Below are positions 24,201 through 36,508 of a stretch of 64,000 nucleotides of DNA, in pieces (the stretch's first letter is position 1; every line of letters begins with the position of its first letter). The stretch covers positions 10,726,001 through 10,790,000 of the forward strand of contig CM120640.1 in the NCBI GenBank assembly GCA_051362555.1, written 5' to 3'. This DNA is from Lingula anatina (lineage: Eukaryota > Animalia > Brachiopoda). The position numbers were made by a program, and so were the translations under genes. The notes beneath the pieces are model-generated. The model made no database searches, was not told the DNA's origin, and worked only from the letters and a program-made list of their open reading frames with translations.

Positions 24201-25384
24201 TACTGCATCATGTGCAACAACATAATTATTCAAATGAGGGTTGGCAAAAATGACCAATGGTTATATATACGTAAAAAGAAAAAAGGAAAAAAACATCTAT
24301 TCAAATATTATTTTTGGGATATAGGCAGTGATACCCTTTGGCATTTCTTTCAGTCATGCCACAGGAAACTATATGGTGGCATTTGTTCAGGTTTAGTGGA
24401 AATGTTTTGACATGTTAACTTGTTTCAAATGCATCATAAAGCCAGGCCTGGTTGTACGTGTCACTTCTGCATAAAGACATCAATACACACACATATTACT
24501 AGCATGCAAATACAAAATATGTCATATCAGTGATAAAAACTAGAGACACAAAATTAAGCACTAGGTCACAATAAATCTACAGATCACAATGACATTAATT
24601 TCACATCAAAGTCGCACAATGTTCATGTATTATGACAAGCTTATTAACTGTTTATTGTGTACCATTTACAAAAATAAAAAAATTGTTATTTTGTGTACTG
24701 ATTTTAAAAACTCCTGAAACCAGAAAACAATCCATCTAAATCATGACTTTAATAATCCAGTGTACAGAAATCTTTAAAAAATATCTGGACTCTGAACTAA
24801 ATTAAATGGCTCTTAGTATCTTTAAACCAACTCTGTCATAAACTTCAGCCTCCCCTTCACAGCAATAATTACCAAAAAAACATACCTTATATATGGGAAT
24901 GCTGGATAGACATGGTTATTCAAGACAGCTACCACATACCTAGGAATGAAAAAAAAAAAGCTGACCAACATAAAACAAGAGGGTCACTACAATACATCTA
25001 ACAAGCTAAAACTCTAGTGTAATCTATACTATACTATACTATACTATACTATACTATACTATACTATACTATACTATACTATACTATACTATACTATACT
25101 ATACTATACTATACTATACTATACTATACTATACTATACTATACTATACTATACTATACTATACTACCTTATGTTTTATGTTGAGCAAACGATGGCAATA
25201 ATACTTTAATATGTTGAAAATGAATTTCACAATTTACATCACTTTCTTAGTAAAGGCAAACTAGTTTTACTTACGAAACCACAAATGTGACTGGCATGAT
25301 AATAAAGAGAGCAAGTGGCAATAAATGCCATCTGGACTTTCTAACAAGAACAGTTCTGTTGACTCCATTGTCCGGACTTTCCAT
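21245..25384 (-). CDS. DRAM2: DNA damage-regulated autophagy modulator (DRAM/TMEM150/Frag1 family), 284 aa
   Basis: Exons 25275-25384, 24886-24939, 23788-23855, 23170-23318, 22791-22968, 22569-22642, 21245-21466. Motifs: [72 protein letters not shown]. Orthology within DRAM1/DRAM2/TMEM150 cannot be resolved by eye. Confidence 0.9.
22122..22340. mobile_element. PIF/Harbinger-like MITE (inverted copy of the 19278-19476 family)
   Basis: TAA TSD; TIRs gaccccattcccagag / ctctgggaatacgccc. Confidence 0.7.
22643..22790 (-). other. U12-type (minor spliceosome) GT-AG intron in the DRAM gene
   Basis: 5' site GTATCCTT (plus 22783-22790). Branch point TTCCTTAAC (plus 22655-22663) ends 12 nt before the 3' splice junction. 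There is no polypyrimidine tract. Confidence 0.9.
25024..25167. repeat. (ATACT)n pentanucleotide microsatellite
   Basis: About 28 perfect units in a DRAM intron. Confidence 0.95.
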
Positions 25385-25910
25385 TTTTCTATTCCTGTAA
25401 GTTTAAACCAAAAATGTTTTAGCACAAAATTATAAGGTCAGAATAAAAAATGATAATATCAAGTAAAACCTGAGACTCAGTACATACACATGTATGTCTG
25501 TCATGTACATGTGTCATGCCAAAAAAGGCACATCTGGTGATTAACAAGAGTAAAAAGCAGCTCATTTTGAGTTTGTTCAGCAAAGTTTTATATCAAAACA
25601 TGTTTAAATAATGTAAATGAATTCAGAAAAACAATAATGGGGTGGCAAAACAAGTGGGTGTCAAAAGAATGAATTAAATGTTATAATTGCCATGGTCATG
25701 CAATAATAGCCCATTCCACACTGGAAAAAAATTCATCAAAATTATATTTCCTAAGTCATCATCTTTCTCAAAATTGTGTTTTGAACTTTGAATTATTACT
25801 TTTGTGTCTAGTTTTAAGTAAACTTAAAACTAGACACAAAAGCGTCTAGTTTAGTTTACTGTCTAGTTTAGTTTACTTCACATTTCTAAGGTTACATAGC
25901 TGTTGAAACC

Positions 25911-26047
25911 CACTCTGAGCTTCAGAGATTGCTTGAAACTTATAACTCTACCATATATCATACCCTTGCCATTTCAAGTTACTTGAAACAGCAAGGGTAT
26001 GATATAATCTAAAATTAAGTTTCAAGTTACCTCTGAAGCTCAGGGTG
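25911..26047. mobile_element. Fold-back MITE-like element
   Basis: Arms cactctgagcttcagag..cttgaaactta..tatcatacccttgc / gcaagggtatgata..taagtttcaag..ctctgaagctcagggtg. Confidence 0.6.
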
Positions 26048-28183
26048 ATCGAACCATATGCTTCCTCAGCCAATAATCTAGCACATATTTTGGCAGCCAT
26101 GTGTAAAACTAACTCAACCCATTGACCTCAGAGACCTCAATGAAATACATTTTTCATAAACATAAAAACGAGGGTAAAAGAATTGTCCAAAAGATTTTAA
26201 GTGGCCACACCTGCATACAGTACATGTACTGTATGTCTGTAAGTTATGTAAACTATATTGTATTAGGTAAATGCCATTCATACTAGGGATGTATCATATT
26301 ACAACAACAGATTTACAGACATGTATCACAATAGACCAGAATATGACACACTGATGTGGTTACAACACCAAAATCAAAGGTATGTCAGGTATGATGTTAA
26401 TTGTGACAGGTACATATACATGTATGTATACCAATTTAACATAAGTACTGCTGCTCGTACCAGTACTCGTTGTCTGAATAACGTAACCATGTCCAGATAC
26501 ACGATTGTAATTTTATACATATGCAACTGTACACACACACCACTGATATATGCACATGTACTAGTACAAAGTAAACTATATATTATATCAATAATATTAT
26601 ATGACTATATACTTCAAAAGAACACTTATTACTTACCCTAACATCCGCCCTCGCACTTAATTTTTTTTACCAACCGGGATATTACACTAGACATTTTGGG
26701 ACAATTTTATTCATTTAACTTTCGAGACGAAGAGAAAAGGCACCCACATTTGTACTGATCACCGTGCAAGTCTCTGCCCAGTAGTGATGACAGAAACGAA
26801 AAAATATTTAATATTATGCACTAATATAATGCACTTCAAAATTATTTCCAGTTTCATCTTTGGATTATTGGTTTATTTCTTCCACTTACCCTAACCATCA
26901 AACAAAGAATTATGACTCCTTGTGTCAACTAAGCAGGAAGGAGTTAGGTGACTGAAGTAACGTCAGTCCACACCAAACTCAGCACCTGTCTGGATTGAGA
27001 GTATTCAGGTCAAGGTCGCGACCCAGAAAATATTTCATTTCAAGACGCGTCTTATGGTTTTGTGAATGTTGTTTTTTTTTTCTTTTTTTTCAGACTGTGG
27101 TTGTCTTTTTTATTGGGTATGTATATTAAAAAGTAAATAAATAAAACGTTCTTCTTTGATATTCACCCTGTAAGTTGTACGTGTAGACTAAGAAAATAAT
27201 GCACTGGCAAGTCCTAGTATGTAACCTAAAAATTGTTAAGAAGTTAACACATGTACTAGTACAGCAAATTGATTTTTTTTAAGTGAAAATTTATTGGGAA
27301 CATACAATGTGTTAGTACATGTACACATATATTTGAGAAGCTTACTGGTACCTGTCACTGCAGAAAGCATGTTTCATTCCTCATCTGCACAGCAGACCCC
27401 AACATACTGTACAGTACAAATTTACACGTATTGGGGGGTATATATTTCAAAATACTTTTACTTTTGGCATATATCATTCAACTTTTGTTTTCCATCCCGT
27501 TTGAGCCCAATGCCTTTGATCTTCTTTAATACCGTAAGCACCACTGATAAAAGAATTCATCTTGACCTGTAATTCTCAAAAGTTTTCTTCAATGTTTTGT
27601 AAGATCATGAACGCATGATAGCACTTGTACATACAGACAATCTTTATCTAGAAATGTGTAACATACTTACAAAAACAACACATTTGCATAGACACATTTT
27701 TTACTTTTAACAGAATTATCTATACTAAAAAATGCAGTTTTTCTACTTATACAACTGCTAACCATTTGGGTACACATACACATGTAGACTTTGTTCACAC
27801 AAGAGTAAAAAATATGTGCTAAGAATATATAATTAAAAAATGTCAATATATTTTTAGCAATACCCCTTTTTATATTTAAGATAAAGGTTGGCATGCTGAT
27901 ATCTTACTTTGCAATTAATCAGTGTAATGCTGCTAACTTAAAATTCAAATCATTTCCTTCTTGTCCCATAAGAAAAATATTTTGTTGTCGGGAGTATGTG
28001 CTTACACAACTATTGTCAAAACATCATCTAATTAGTTATTTAAAGAGAATGTTGTAATATTAATATATATTGATTGTATCTCTTTTTACCATTTATGTAT
28101 TTTCATTTGTTTTTAAATTGCATATGCTCTGATAACATATGTGTTTGTTTGACTGTACAACTTGAGAAAGTACAATAATGTAG

Positions 28184-28947
28184 CTATGTACGAGAACTCT
28201 GAACATTGGTTAATTCCACTGGCTCTCCCATAATGTTTTCAGCTGATTCCAAATTTTTCACCAGTCTATCAGTTCCAGGTCTAATAGATATGACAAGCCA
28301 TCCTAATATGGCAAATAATCCTCTCAAAAGATTTATTATCTTCCATGTGTCAATGTTAACTTGTCTTTCCTAAAAACAATTAAAAGTAAAATTATGTTAA
28401 GAAATAACTTAACTTCAGTTTTAATGATCAAGTAAGTTTTTAAAAATATTTCCTTTTTACACACTAAGTCCATCTAGGTTTGAAAAACTCTCCAAAAAGG
28501 GTCTGTCTTGAAAGAATTGTAGCTACAAAAATAAAATACACATTGTTTATGCACTGTGTTTAGAAATGTCATTTAGATTGGCAAACTGTAAGAAACTAGA
28601 ACTAATGTGTTATGTTATCAGTGCCCTTTATTACCACTTAGTTGAAGAGGAAATGTGAGAGAGTTTTTCCAGCAACCTGATACACATACACATACACACC
28701 CTGCGAAAAAATGTCTCATTTTACATTCAGTTACGGTTCTCAATCTATTCTTGAACATTTGGTGTATTTTTTACAGTTCTGATGTTGTTATGTAATGAAT
28801 GTAACATTTCGAGAACTGTTTTTGGGAAGTCCTTCAGAATGTCCTAGAACAGATTGAGAACATTTTTCATTAAAAGAGAAAAATATTATGTTCTAGGACA
28901 GATTGAGAACTGTAAGTGAATGTTAAATGAGACAAATGTTCGCAGGG

Positions 28948-28988
<41 letters not shown>

Positions 28989-31900
28989 ACGTCATGCATG
29001 CAGGGGCAGATCCAGGATTATTTGAGCCGGGGGGGGGGGGGTCTGCGGATGCGGATGTGAAGCCTTGGCTTCAAATCTTTATCCCATTCTTAATTAAACA
29101 ATTTGTTCTGGTCTTTTCCTGTATTGTTCAGGCTGTAATGTCTTCCTGATGTATATTGACATCAGGTACTTTTATTTAAGGGTTTTCACTGATATTAGCA
29201 AAACTGGGAAAAACAAATATCTTTGCAGAATCTGTAGGGAGAAAATATGAATTTGGGGCAGTTTCAAACATGGTAAGTATTCCTTTAAGGTTCAATTTTT
29301 AAATTTTTTTTTCTGAAAAAGAATGATTTGTTCCGTTTCCTGTAATGTTTAGACTGTAATGTTTTCCTGATCATTTCATTGCTTTTAGCATATGTAGACA
29401 TAAAATATGACTTTTGGCAGTTTCAAACATGGCTGATATACCTTTACACTTCAATTATAATATTTTTTCTTAAAAAAGCTTTTGCAAGCCTATGAAGGTG
29501 AGAGCCAAACCAAACTTTACATAAATGATGTTCAATTATAGATCCTTTGGCAGAAGATGGACAGAAAATATTTTATCTACAAGTAGAAAGACAGAGACAA
29601 GACTGACAAGCCAATTTCTGCAACCCTCCCCTCCCTTCGTGCTCCAAACCTCAGGAAGGAGCAGGGTATTAATATCTTCATTTTCATCACAACCTGTCAA
29701 GTGAAATAACTGATTATACCTCCTGGTTATCCCAAAGAGATGACTTGAGCCCATACAGTCCAATTTTGTCGTCTATATTGGCTACACTGAGACTCAAGAT
29801 TAAAGACAACATGTAAAACAAGATGGCAACAGCACCAGACTGGAGAGTGACTGCTCTGATGATCATCTTTCGTGTGGGATGGGCTATGTCATATCTGAAA
29901 GTAAATGTATTTTAGTTTTCTTTTATACATACGTACGTAATGAAGTATTAAATTTTTACAAATTCAACCTTATAGTAAATGATGACAGCAAAATGCAAAT
30001 ATAAAACAGTTAATATTAATTTATCAAAGTAGTGGTTATTTAACAAAAGATCTAAGATAAGAGAAATTCTTAAAAGAGGAGTTATTTTAAACACCTGACA
30101 CTCAATGATGTTAATGTAATATGTATCACATTTTTCTATCAATCCACAGCTTTTTGAGACAAGAGATACATACTATTTGCATATCTTACAAAACTGTTAA
30201 TTACCACAATGTGTGCTTTATTCTTAACTCACCTGTCTAATACAGAAACTGTGCAAAGCACTAGCAGAAAATAATAAGTGCACTGGACAGGTAAGGACAC
30301 AGGGTTGTAGTGATCAAGAAAGTCTGTATAACCATTCCTGTGTGAAGTCAACACAAACACTATCACAAATTGCCACAGCCCAAAGCCAGCTAAAATCCCA
30401 TGACAAAATAATGAAAATGTTTTTAACACTCTATGTGTGGCAATTCCAAACTGAATGGTTGTGTAATTTAATGGTTCTACTTCATCCTCTTTTTCTAGTT
30501 CTAGTTGTTGTTCTGCAATTCTTTTAGCCAGTTTTCCTTTATCTGTACTTTTGAAACCACCTGAAATTATTTATTTCATATAGATCATGTACTTGAAGGC
30601 CCGTGTCACATTTCCAGGTGCTGTGCTATTTTGTATTCAATTGTGTTTTGATACTCAGCCAAGACAATAAACAGATGGTGTATCAAAGTAATTGACTTAA
30701 AGACAACCAAAGTTTTTATCAAATGTCTGTTGGACTGACAATAGTTTAAGTGCTACTTGTATAATTCCACCAATCAAAAATAGATGAATAAATGCTGACT
30801 TTGTAAACACAAGGCAAGCCACACTTACTTCTTTGTTCAATAAAAAGTTTCCCTACAGGCTGACTCCTCAACATTGGTCCTGTAGTACTCGGAAGATCTT
30901 TTACTTCTATTTCCTCATCCTCCTCTTCACCAGATGGTTGATTTGAAGCAATAATATCATCATCAACACCAGTTAAGTCCAGATAACCTTCACCTGTAGG
31001 GTAATTACCTTCATCATCCGGTCTGAAATGAGATTTTAAGGCAACTGTGCTTTTAATTTACTTCTTTTCAAGGCAGTGAGAAAAGTTTAATCAATATTTG
31101 TTTATATCATTGACTTACTGAAAACTTCCTGTAATATTCAAGTTTAAAAGGGCTGCATGTCCAGACACACTTTGCCTGTAAATAATCACCTTTTAGTTCT
31201 TCGTTTCTTTTTTGTTTTCCTTGTGACTTTTTTAGTCCTCTGAGCAGTTCCTTTTCCAGAGTCTTCATTCTCCACACTGATCAGGGATGCTTGGCTGCCA
31301 TTTGCTGCAGGCTATGCATACAACCATTGATGGCAAAAAAATCAATTATGCATATAAAATACCCTGCTGATGACTAAATAAATTATTTTAGATAATAAAA
31401 TATAAACAAGTGAGATCATTATACTTTACGAAACTGACACTTTGCCACTAAAACATGATTAATCTTTAATCTAAATGAGATAAATGGTTTATCAGAATCC
31501 AAATATGTAGAGCTCTGTCTGTGTATACATACCAAATTGCAAGGCTCTAGATCAATTAGGAAAATCATATATGGACCTATACGGTTATAGTACTTACTTA
31601 AAATGTGCAATACAGAGCAATACACAAACGACTTCGCATACACAAACACAAAGTGAAATATAAAAGCGAAATATATTTCTAGATAATAATATCAATGATC
31701 CATATGGGACCATACGCCATATTGCCAAGAAGAGGCAGGAGTGTTGAATGACCAACATTGGGGACGAACCTTATTGTGTCGATTTGTTTAAGTTGGATCA
31801 ACAATATTAGTTACCTAGTTATATCTTCACCTTTATATCACCCTATCTTTTAGCAAATGACCATTTCCCATCTTCTCTTGCAATCGCACTTGTTTTTTTC

Positions 31901-32351
31901 TACTGTACTGCATGACCCGAAACTAGGGTGATGACTGATATAACTTTTAAAAAGCGAAAATATATAACTAAGCAATTAATGTCGTTGACGTTAATCCAAC
32001 TTAACAAATTATCAGTATTTGTTTGAATTGTTGGGTCGTCCGCCACTTAGAGCACTCAAGAAGACCCATAAGCGTATAGCTTTGACAAAAGATGTTAACT
32101 GTAACTTTGTTCACAATATTAACCTTTTTTCGTTCACTTGTTTTTGCTGTCATATCTGGCCTCGTATTCTCTGTCTGTTTGGAAACGTTAGGAATCTTCT
32201 TTGGTCTCGTAGTTTTACTATCATTTTGGGTTATGTCATTAGTCCTTCTTTTCTTTTTAGGCTTAGCTGCCGCACTCTTTTCCCCCGGAGCATCAGAATT
32301 TGGGGAGAGAGGAGGTAATTTTCTCACCGAACTTTGGGTCAGGTTGCTCAT
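28184..32351 (-). CDS. TMEM237: Transmembrane protein 237 (ciliary transition zone, JBTS14 family), 410 aa
   Basis: Exons 32124-32351, 31190-31311, 30829-31022, 30233-30560, 29720-29894, 28184-28369. Basic disordered N-terminus (RKLPPL, KKKRR), then SQPVGKLFIE, FCHGILAGFGLWQ, VSVLDRYD, DDKIGLY and WKIINLLRGLFAILGW. Confidence 0.93.
28699..28947. mobile_element. MITE inserted next to a (CA)n tract
   Basis: TIRs of ~60 bp: ccctgcgaa..tgtctcattt.acattca.ttac.gttctcaatct / agattgagaactgtaagtgaatgttaaatgagaca..ttcgcaggg. (CA)n at 28952-28986. Confidence 0.7.
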
Positions 32352-32643
32352 ATTTTATACTGGACACTGAAAGGTCGTCGATAGATGGCGATAGTCACGA
32401 TGAGCTGAAGCGTGGCATTGGTGATATTAATCAAAAGCCTGTCAAGGAGAATGTATTTTACTGAATCTTTCTATTTCAACAACTTTTTATATATTAAAAT
32501 ATGCATGATGTAATTTCTAAATCAACTGTCTCCGTCGTGAAACTTCGACAGTGCCATCTACACATGTGGACCGAACATTACCTGACGCCATTACTTCGGT
32601 AGCATATGTACAAATTTTCCACTCTTTTGGACACTTTGAAATC
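32352..32643. promoter_or_regulatory. Compact bidirectional promoter of TMEM237/NDUFB7
   Basis: The divergent start codons are separated by only 292 bp, and the interval is CpG-enriched. Confidence 0.6.
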
Positions 32644-33707
32644 ATGTCAGCAGCAGGTGAAAGTCTACCCCCGAAGCCGGATTATACCAGTCCGCCTTCG
32701 TTTGATCCATTATTTGGATTTCCCAAAGGACGTAAAGAAAGAGGTACAATAGTGTGTAGTTTTGTAATGATTACAAATTTTCCTACTTTTTCAGTTAGGG
32801 TCTCATCCCTGAGACTTGCATACTTAACTAGCTGGCAAATGATGTCAAATGTAAAAGCTTAATAAATTTTTCAATTAAAACGCCTTCCAACATATCTTTT
32901 GTTAGCCAGGGATTAAACTGTTTAAGAATTTATATATATCTTTTTTAGTGATGATTGCTACTAAGGAACAGATGGATGCTGCTAGAGTCCCAATGAAATA
33001 CAGAGACTACTGTGCTCATAAATGGATTAATGTAGCTCAATGCAGAGTAGAAAATGGATTTCTGCAATGTACCCAAGCGGAAAATGATTATATAAAATGC
33101 CAGTATGAGGAGTAAGTGCATTGCTGCCATAGGATTAAAATAAGCTCATGTTTAAAAAACAATCTGATTCGATTGTTTGTCTTGCATTTATGACATTTTT
33201 TAATGGTTATATTTGAATATGTCATGTTTCATAAATTAGCATTTTCTAGGTGTGATCATGAATTTTTATCAGTTTGAAACTGTATGCTACTTTCATTTTA
33301 CAGTAACACCTAGTAACAGAAGCACACAATTAAACATTGGCAGTGATACTTTCAAAAAATGTGTGATATTGCATCTGGTTTAATGAAAACATTTTGTGAA
33401 TTTTTATTGTTAAATTGATTGGTCATCATTTTTAGACTGTTATTATGTAGTACTATGACTTATTCTAACAGTTTTGTTATCCATACAGTATGTCTGTCCT
33501 TTTTAAATATCTGAACTATTTAATATAGTAATTTAAATACTAGTAGAGTTGTTCATCAAATATATATTCTTTTAATTTTTTTTTTTTTTTTCAAATTTTG
33601 ATTTCAGCATGATGATCAGATTCAAAGAGTATGAGAGGGAAAAAAGATTATTGGCCCGTGAGCACCGCCTTAAGTTGAAAGCAGCACAGGAAGAACAGTT
33701 GGAGTGA
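32644..33707 (+). CDS. NDUFB7: NADH:ubiquinone oxidoreductase subunit B7 (B18), 120 aa
   Basis: Exons 32644-32743 (PSFDPLFGFPKGRKER), 32949-33111 (MIATKEQMDAARVPMKYRDYCAH, twin Cx9C) and 33608-33707 (RFKEYEREKRLL). Confidence 0.95.
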
Positions 33708-35267
33708 AGAAAAAGTTGTTTTGAAAATTTTGAAACTGCATTCGTCATTGTATATGAATTATTAGCACAGGTAAAAGTGAACAGAAGGTACACCGAGAAT
33801 AAAAAATACAAACCTCAGATATAACAGGAAAGCACTTCAGGGTGCAGGGAGCTTCTTTTTTTTTTTCAATGGAACAAGTTTTGTAATCGGTGTGTTGAGT
33901 TAATGACCTTTTCAAAAGCATGAGTTGTGAAAATAACATTGACATTGAGACCACTTGAATTCAAAATGTGATCTGGAAAATTAATTTGAATTTAGTGTTT
34001 TGAATGAAGTTGAAGTCGGAAAAGTTTCAAAAATGCTATCAAAATCGTTTTACATCAGCTCTACCTCTCCCTGTGCCTCTAAGTTTGCTTAATAGGCAAT
34101 GTGAACAAGGTGTGTTCTGACATTTGACCTGAGTGTGGACCTCTGGATTGCTGAAACAGTGTGACACTTGTGTGGGAGAGGCGATATAAACACTTCAAGG
34201 AAACAGAAGTGGACATACCAAGTATTTGCTGTTGACTGTGGGATTTATTTGTGTGCATTTTAATTTGAAAATAAACACACGTAATACAGTTAATTGTTTC
34301 ATGAAATCTATAAAAATGTTTTATTGTTTCTTTGTTTTTCATTTGTGTAAGGGATTCCTGGGATTTCACATTTGAAGTATAGTCAACACACAAGAATGCT
34401 TTTGGTGTTGTTACTGCAGTGAATGAGGCCTTCTTTCAAAATATTAAAATCCAAACGAGATCCAGAAACGAGATTTTCCCGTAACTTTTTTTAATGTCAA
34501 AAAATAACTTGGTTGGCAGCATCCAAGGCAAACCCTGAAAGAAAAAAATAGATCTTATTATTTTTGCACTACATGTACATAGTTTATGCTCATTCTTTTT
34601 AATCGTAAGAAATTGAAGTAATTGATTCAGCGTAAAGTCCATGAAAGCAAGTCGAATATGGATCAAAAGGCATTGTTCTAGTGTTATCATCATCATCATT
34701 GCTCTTCGTCCCGCGTGGGACATAAGGCCACTAGTGTTATACCAATATTAAATCTAATAAAGCAAAAAGAGCCTCTGATTCCTTCGATCACATCGCTCGA
34801 GTCTAGCCAGAACGGTGTTATGTACGAGAAAGTCCCCCGTGATAGAGAGTCCGCTTCCCCTTTCTTTGTACAGTTGAGCCTCGCATTTGATTTTGACCCA
34901 CTTAGGTCAGACTAACCCTAACCATTATAACTTTATGGAGGGCAGATTTTCTGTCGCACGGACCCTCAGTTTCGTAACACTTGTCTTGGTAAACTTGGAT
35001 GTTCTCAATCGAGAGAAACGACGCATTAAAATCATAATTGTCACAAATTCAGATGTATTGATGGTTTATCAGGCTTCAGGCACGTTGGGATGAAAACAAA
35101 TTAAAAAAAAATTGTTACTATTGCTACAAACATTACTACAATGTTTCTTTGTCCGGTTGTTGGTTTAAACTGGAGCTTTATTCGAAGCATCATTGACCAT
35201 AAAACAAGGAGTCTCAACAGAACTGTTGAAACTCCTTGCCATAAACAACTTACGATTGTAGTCGCTC

Positions 35268-36508
35268 TCAAGCTTCAAGCGGCTGAAGCTCTGTTCCCTT
35301 TGGGTATTTGGATATGTTGTTCACATATAGTTGATTCACCTTTAATGAAAAAAAAGGGAATATGCCTTTGATATTGGACAAGTATATTGAAAATGGTAAC
35401 TTAAAACTGCATAGACGCAAAATAGCCCTTAAAACTCGACGAAGTCTTTCTGAACAGGATAATTTTTTGGTTGTTTTATTTGACCTTTAAAGTTTTAAAT
35501 TACCGTACCCGCCACTCTTCCTCCCACTGCAAATGGTTGTAATGTGGTTCCTTAAGTGAAATTCTTTTAAGGATGGCTTGATTTTCATGGGTGATACGAA
35601 GTAGTTCTCGTTGTCTTTTAGTTTTGTTTAGACTGAAAAAAGATTGAGATCTAGAAACCTTTTTTCATTTCCATCATTATGAAAAAATTACGTAAAATTA
35701 TTTCTGCTTTCACTCTTTTTGAATAATCGCCGAGCAAATGATATTTTACTTTTTTTTTTCTATGTTTGAAAATGTTATGACTGTGTGGATTTGCAAAATG
35801 AAACACAATGTTTCTGAGAAATAAAAAGTAAAAAGATACCATTAAACAAGGGTATTCAAGCTCTATGCGTGCACATGTGTTACCTTCGAGGTTCATAGTC
35901 GTTTTTGTTGTCTACCCGCCCTCTGGTCCTCATAATATAAGACATCTTCTCTAAGAGAATGCGGTTATCTCTTTCCACTGTTGCCAAACGTTCCTCTTCC
36001 ATCTGGCATCGGGGATATTTCAAAAATAATTATTGAAATCCACGAAAAAAAAACGACAAGTAAAAGAAAAGGGGAAAAGTAACCCCATATTTGACCACGT
36101 TAACTGAGAAGCAAATGGATAAAACACGAATGTCTTTGGTTTGGGATCCCTCTTAAAAGTCGTAGAAATTGACATGAGCAAAAACATTGTAAACATACCT
36201 GTAGTTTCTTAAGTTTTAGATGCAGATGCATGTAGGTCTTCGGTGGTTTATTATCAATCACTGCCCTTGCTGAAAGTTATAGATATTTAGTAGCGTACAA
36301 GTAGTTTTCATCAGTAGTTGATATTAACTGATTTCATACTTATACTTTTGTTTAGGTGATCAATGCAGCAATGTTTTAATTAAGTGGAGGACAACTTCAG
36401 CTTACCAGATTTTACTTTTTGTCGATGTAAGTCGAATCTGGTGTCATCCCATCTTTTCTTCAGCAGCTTATTTATAGCTGGTGTTATAGGCTGATAGGAG
36501 CGATGCAT
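35268..36508 (-). CDS. CFAP97D2: CFAP97/Hemingway (KIAA1430) domain protein, CFAP97D1/D2-like, 162 aa
   Basis: Exons 36406-36508, 36199-36269, 35884-36002, 35509-35632, 35268-35339. Translation: MHRSYQPITP..IDNKPPKTYMHLHLKLKKLQMEEERLATVERDNRILLEKMSYIMRTRGRVDN..SLNKTKRQRELLRITHENQAILKRI. The D1 versus D2 assignment is uncertain. Confidence 0.9.

Noticed and set aside
34925-35040. Minus-strand mini-ORF MILMRRFSRL...LPSIKL as an extra CFAP97D exon
   Set aside because: No acceptor AG lies between the upstream in-frame stop and the ORF, so it is probably 3' UTR.
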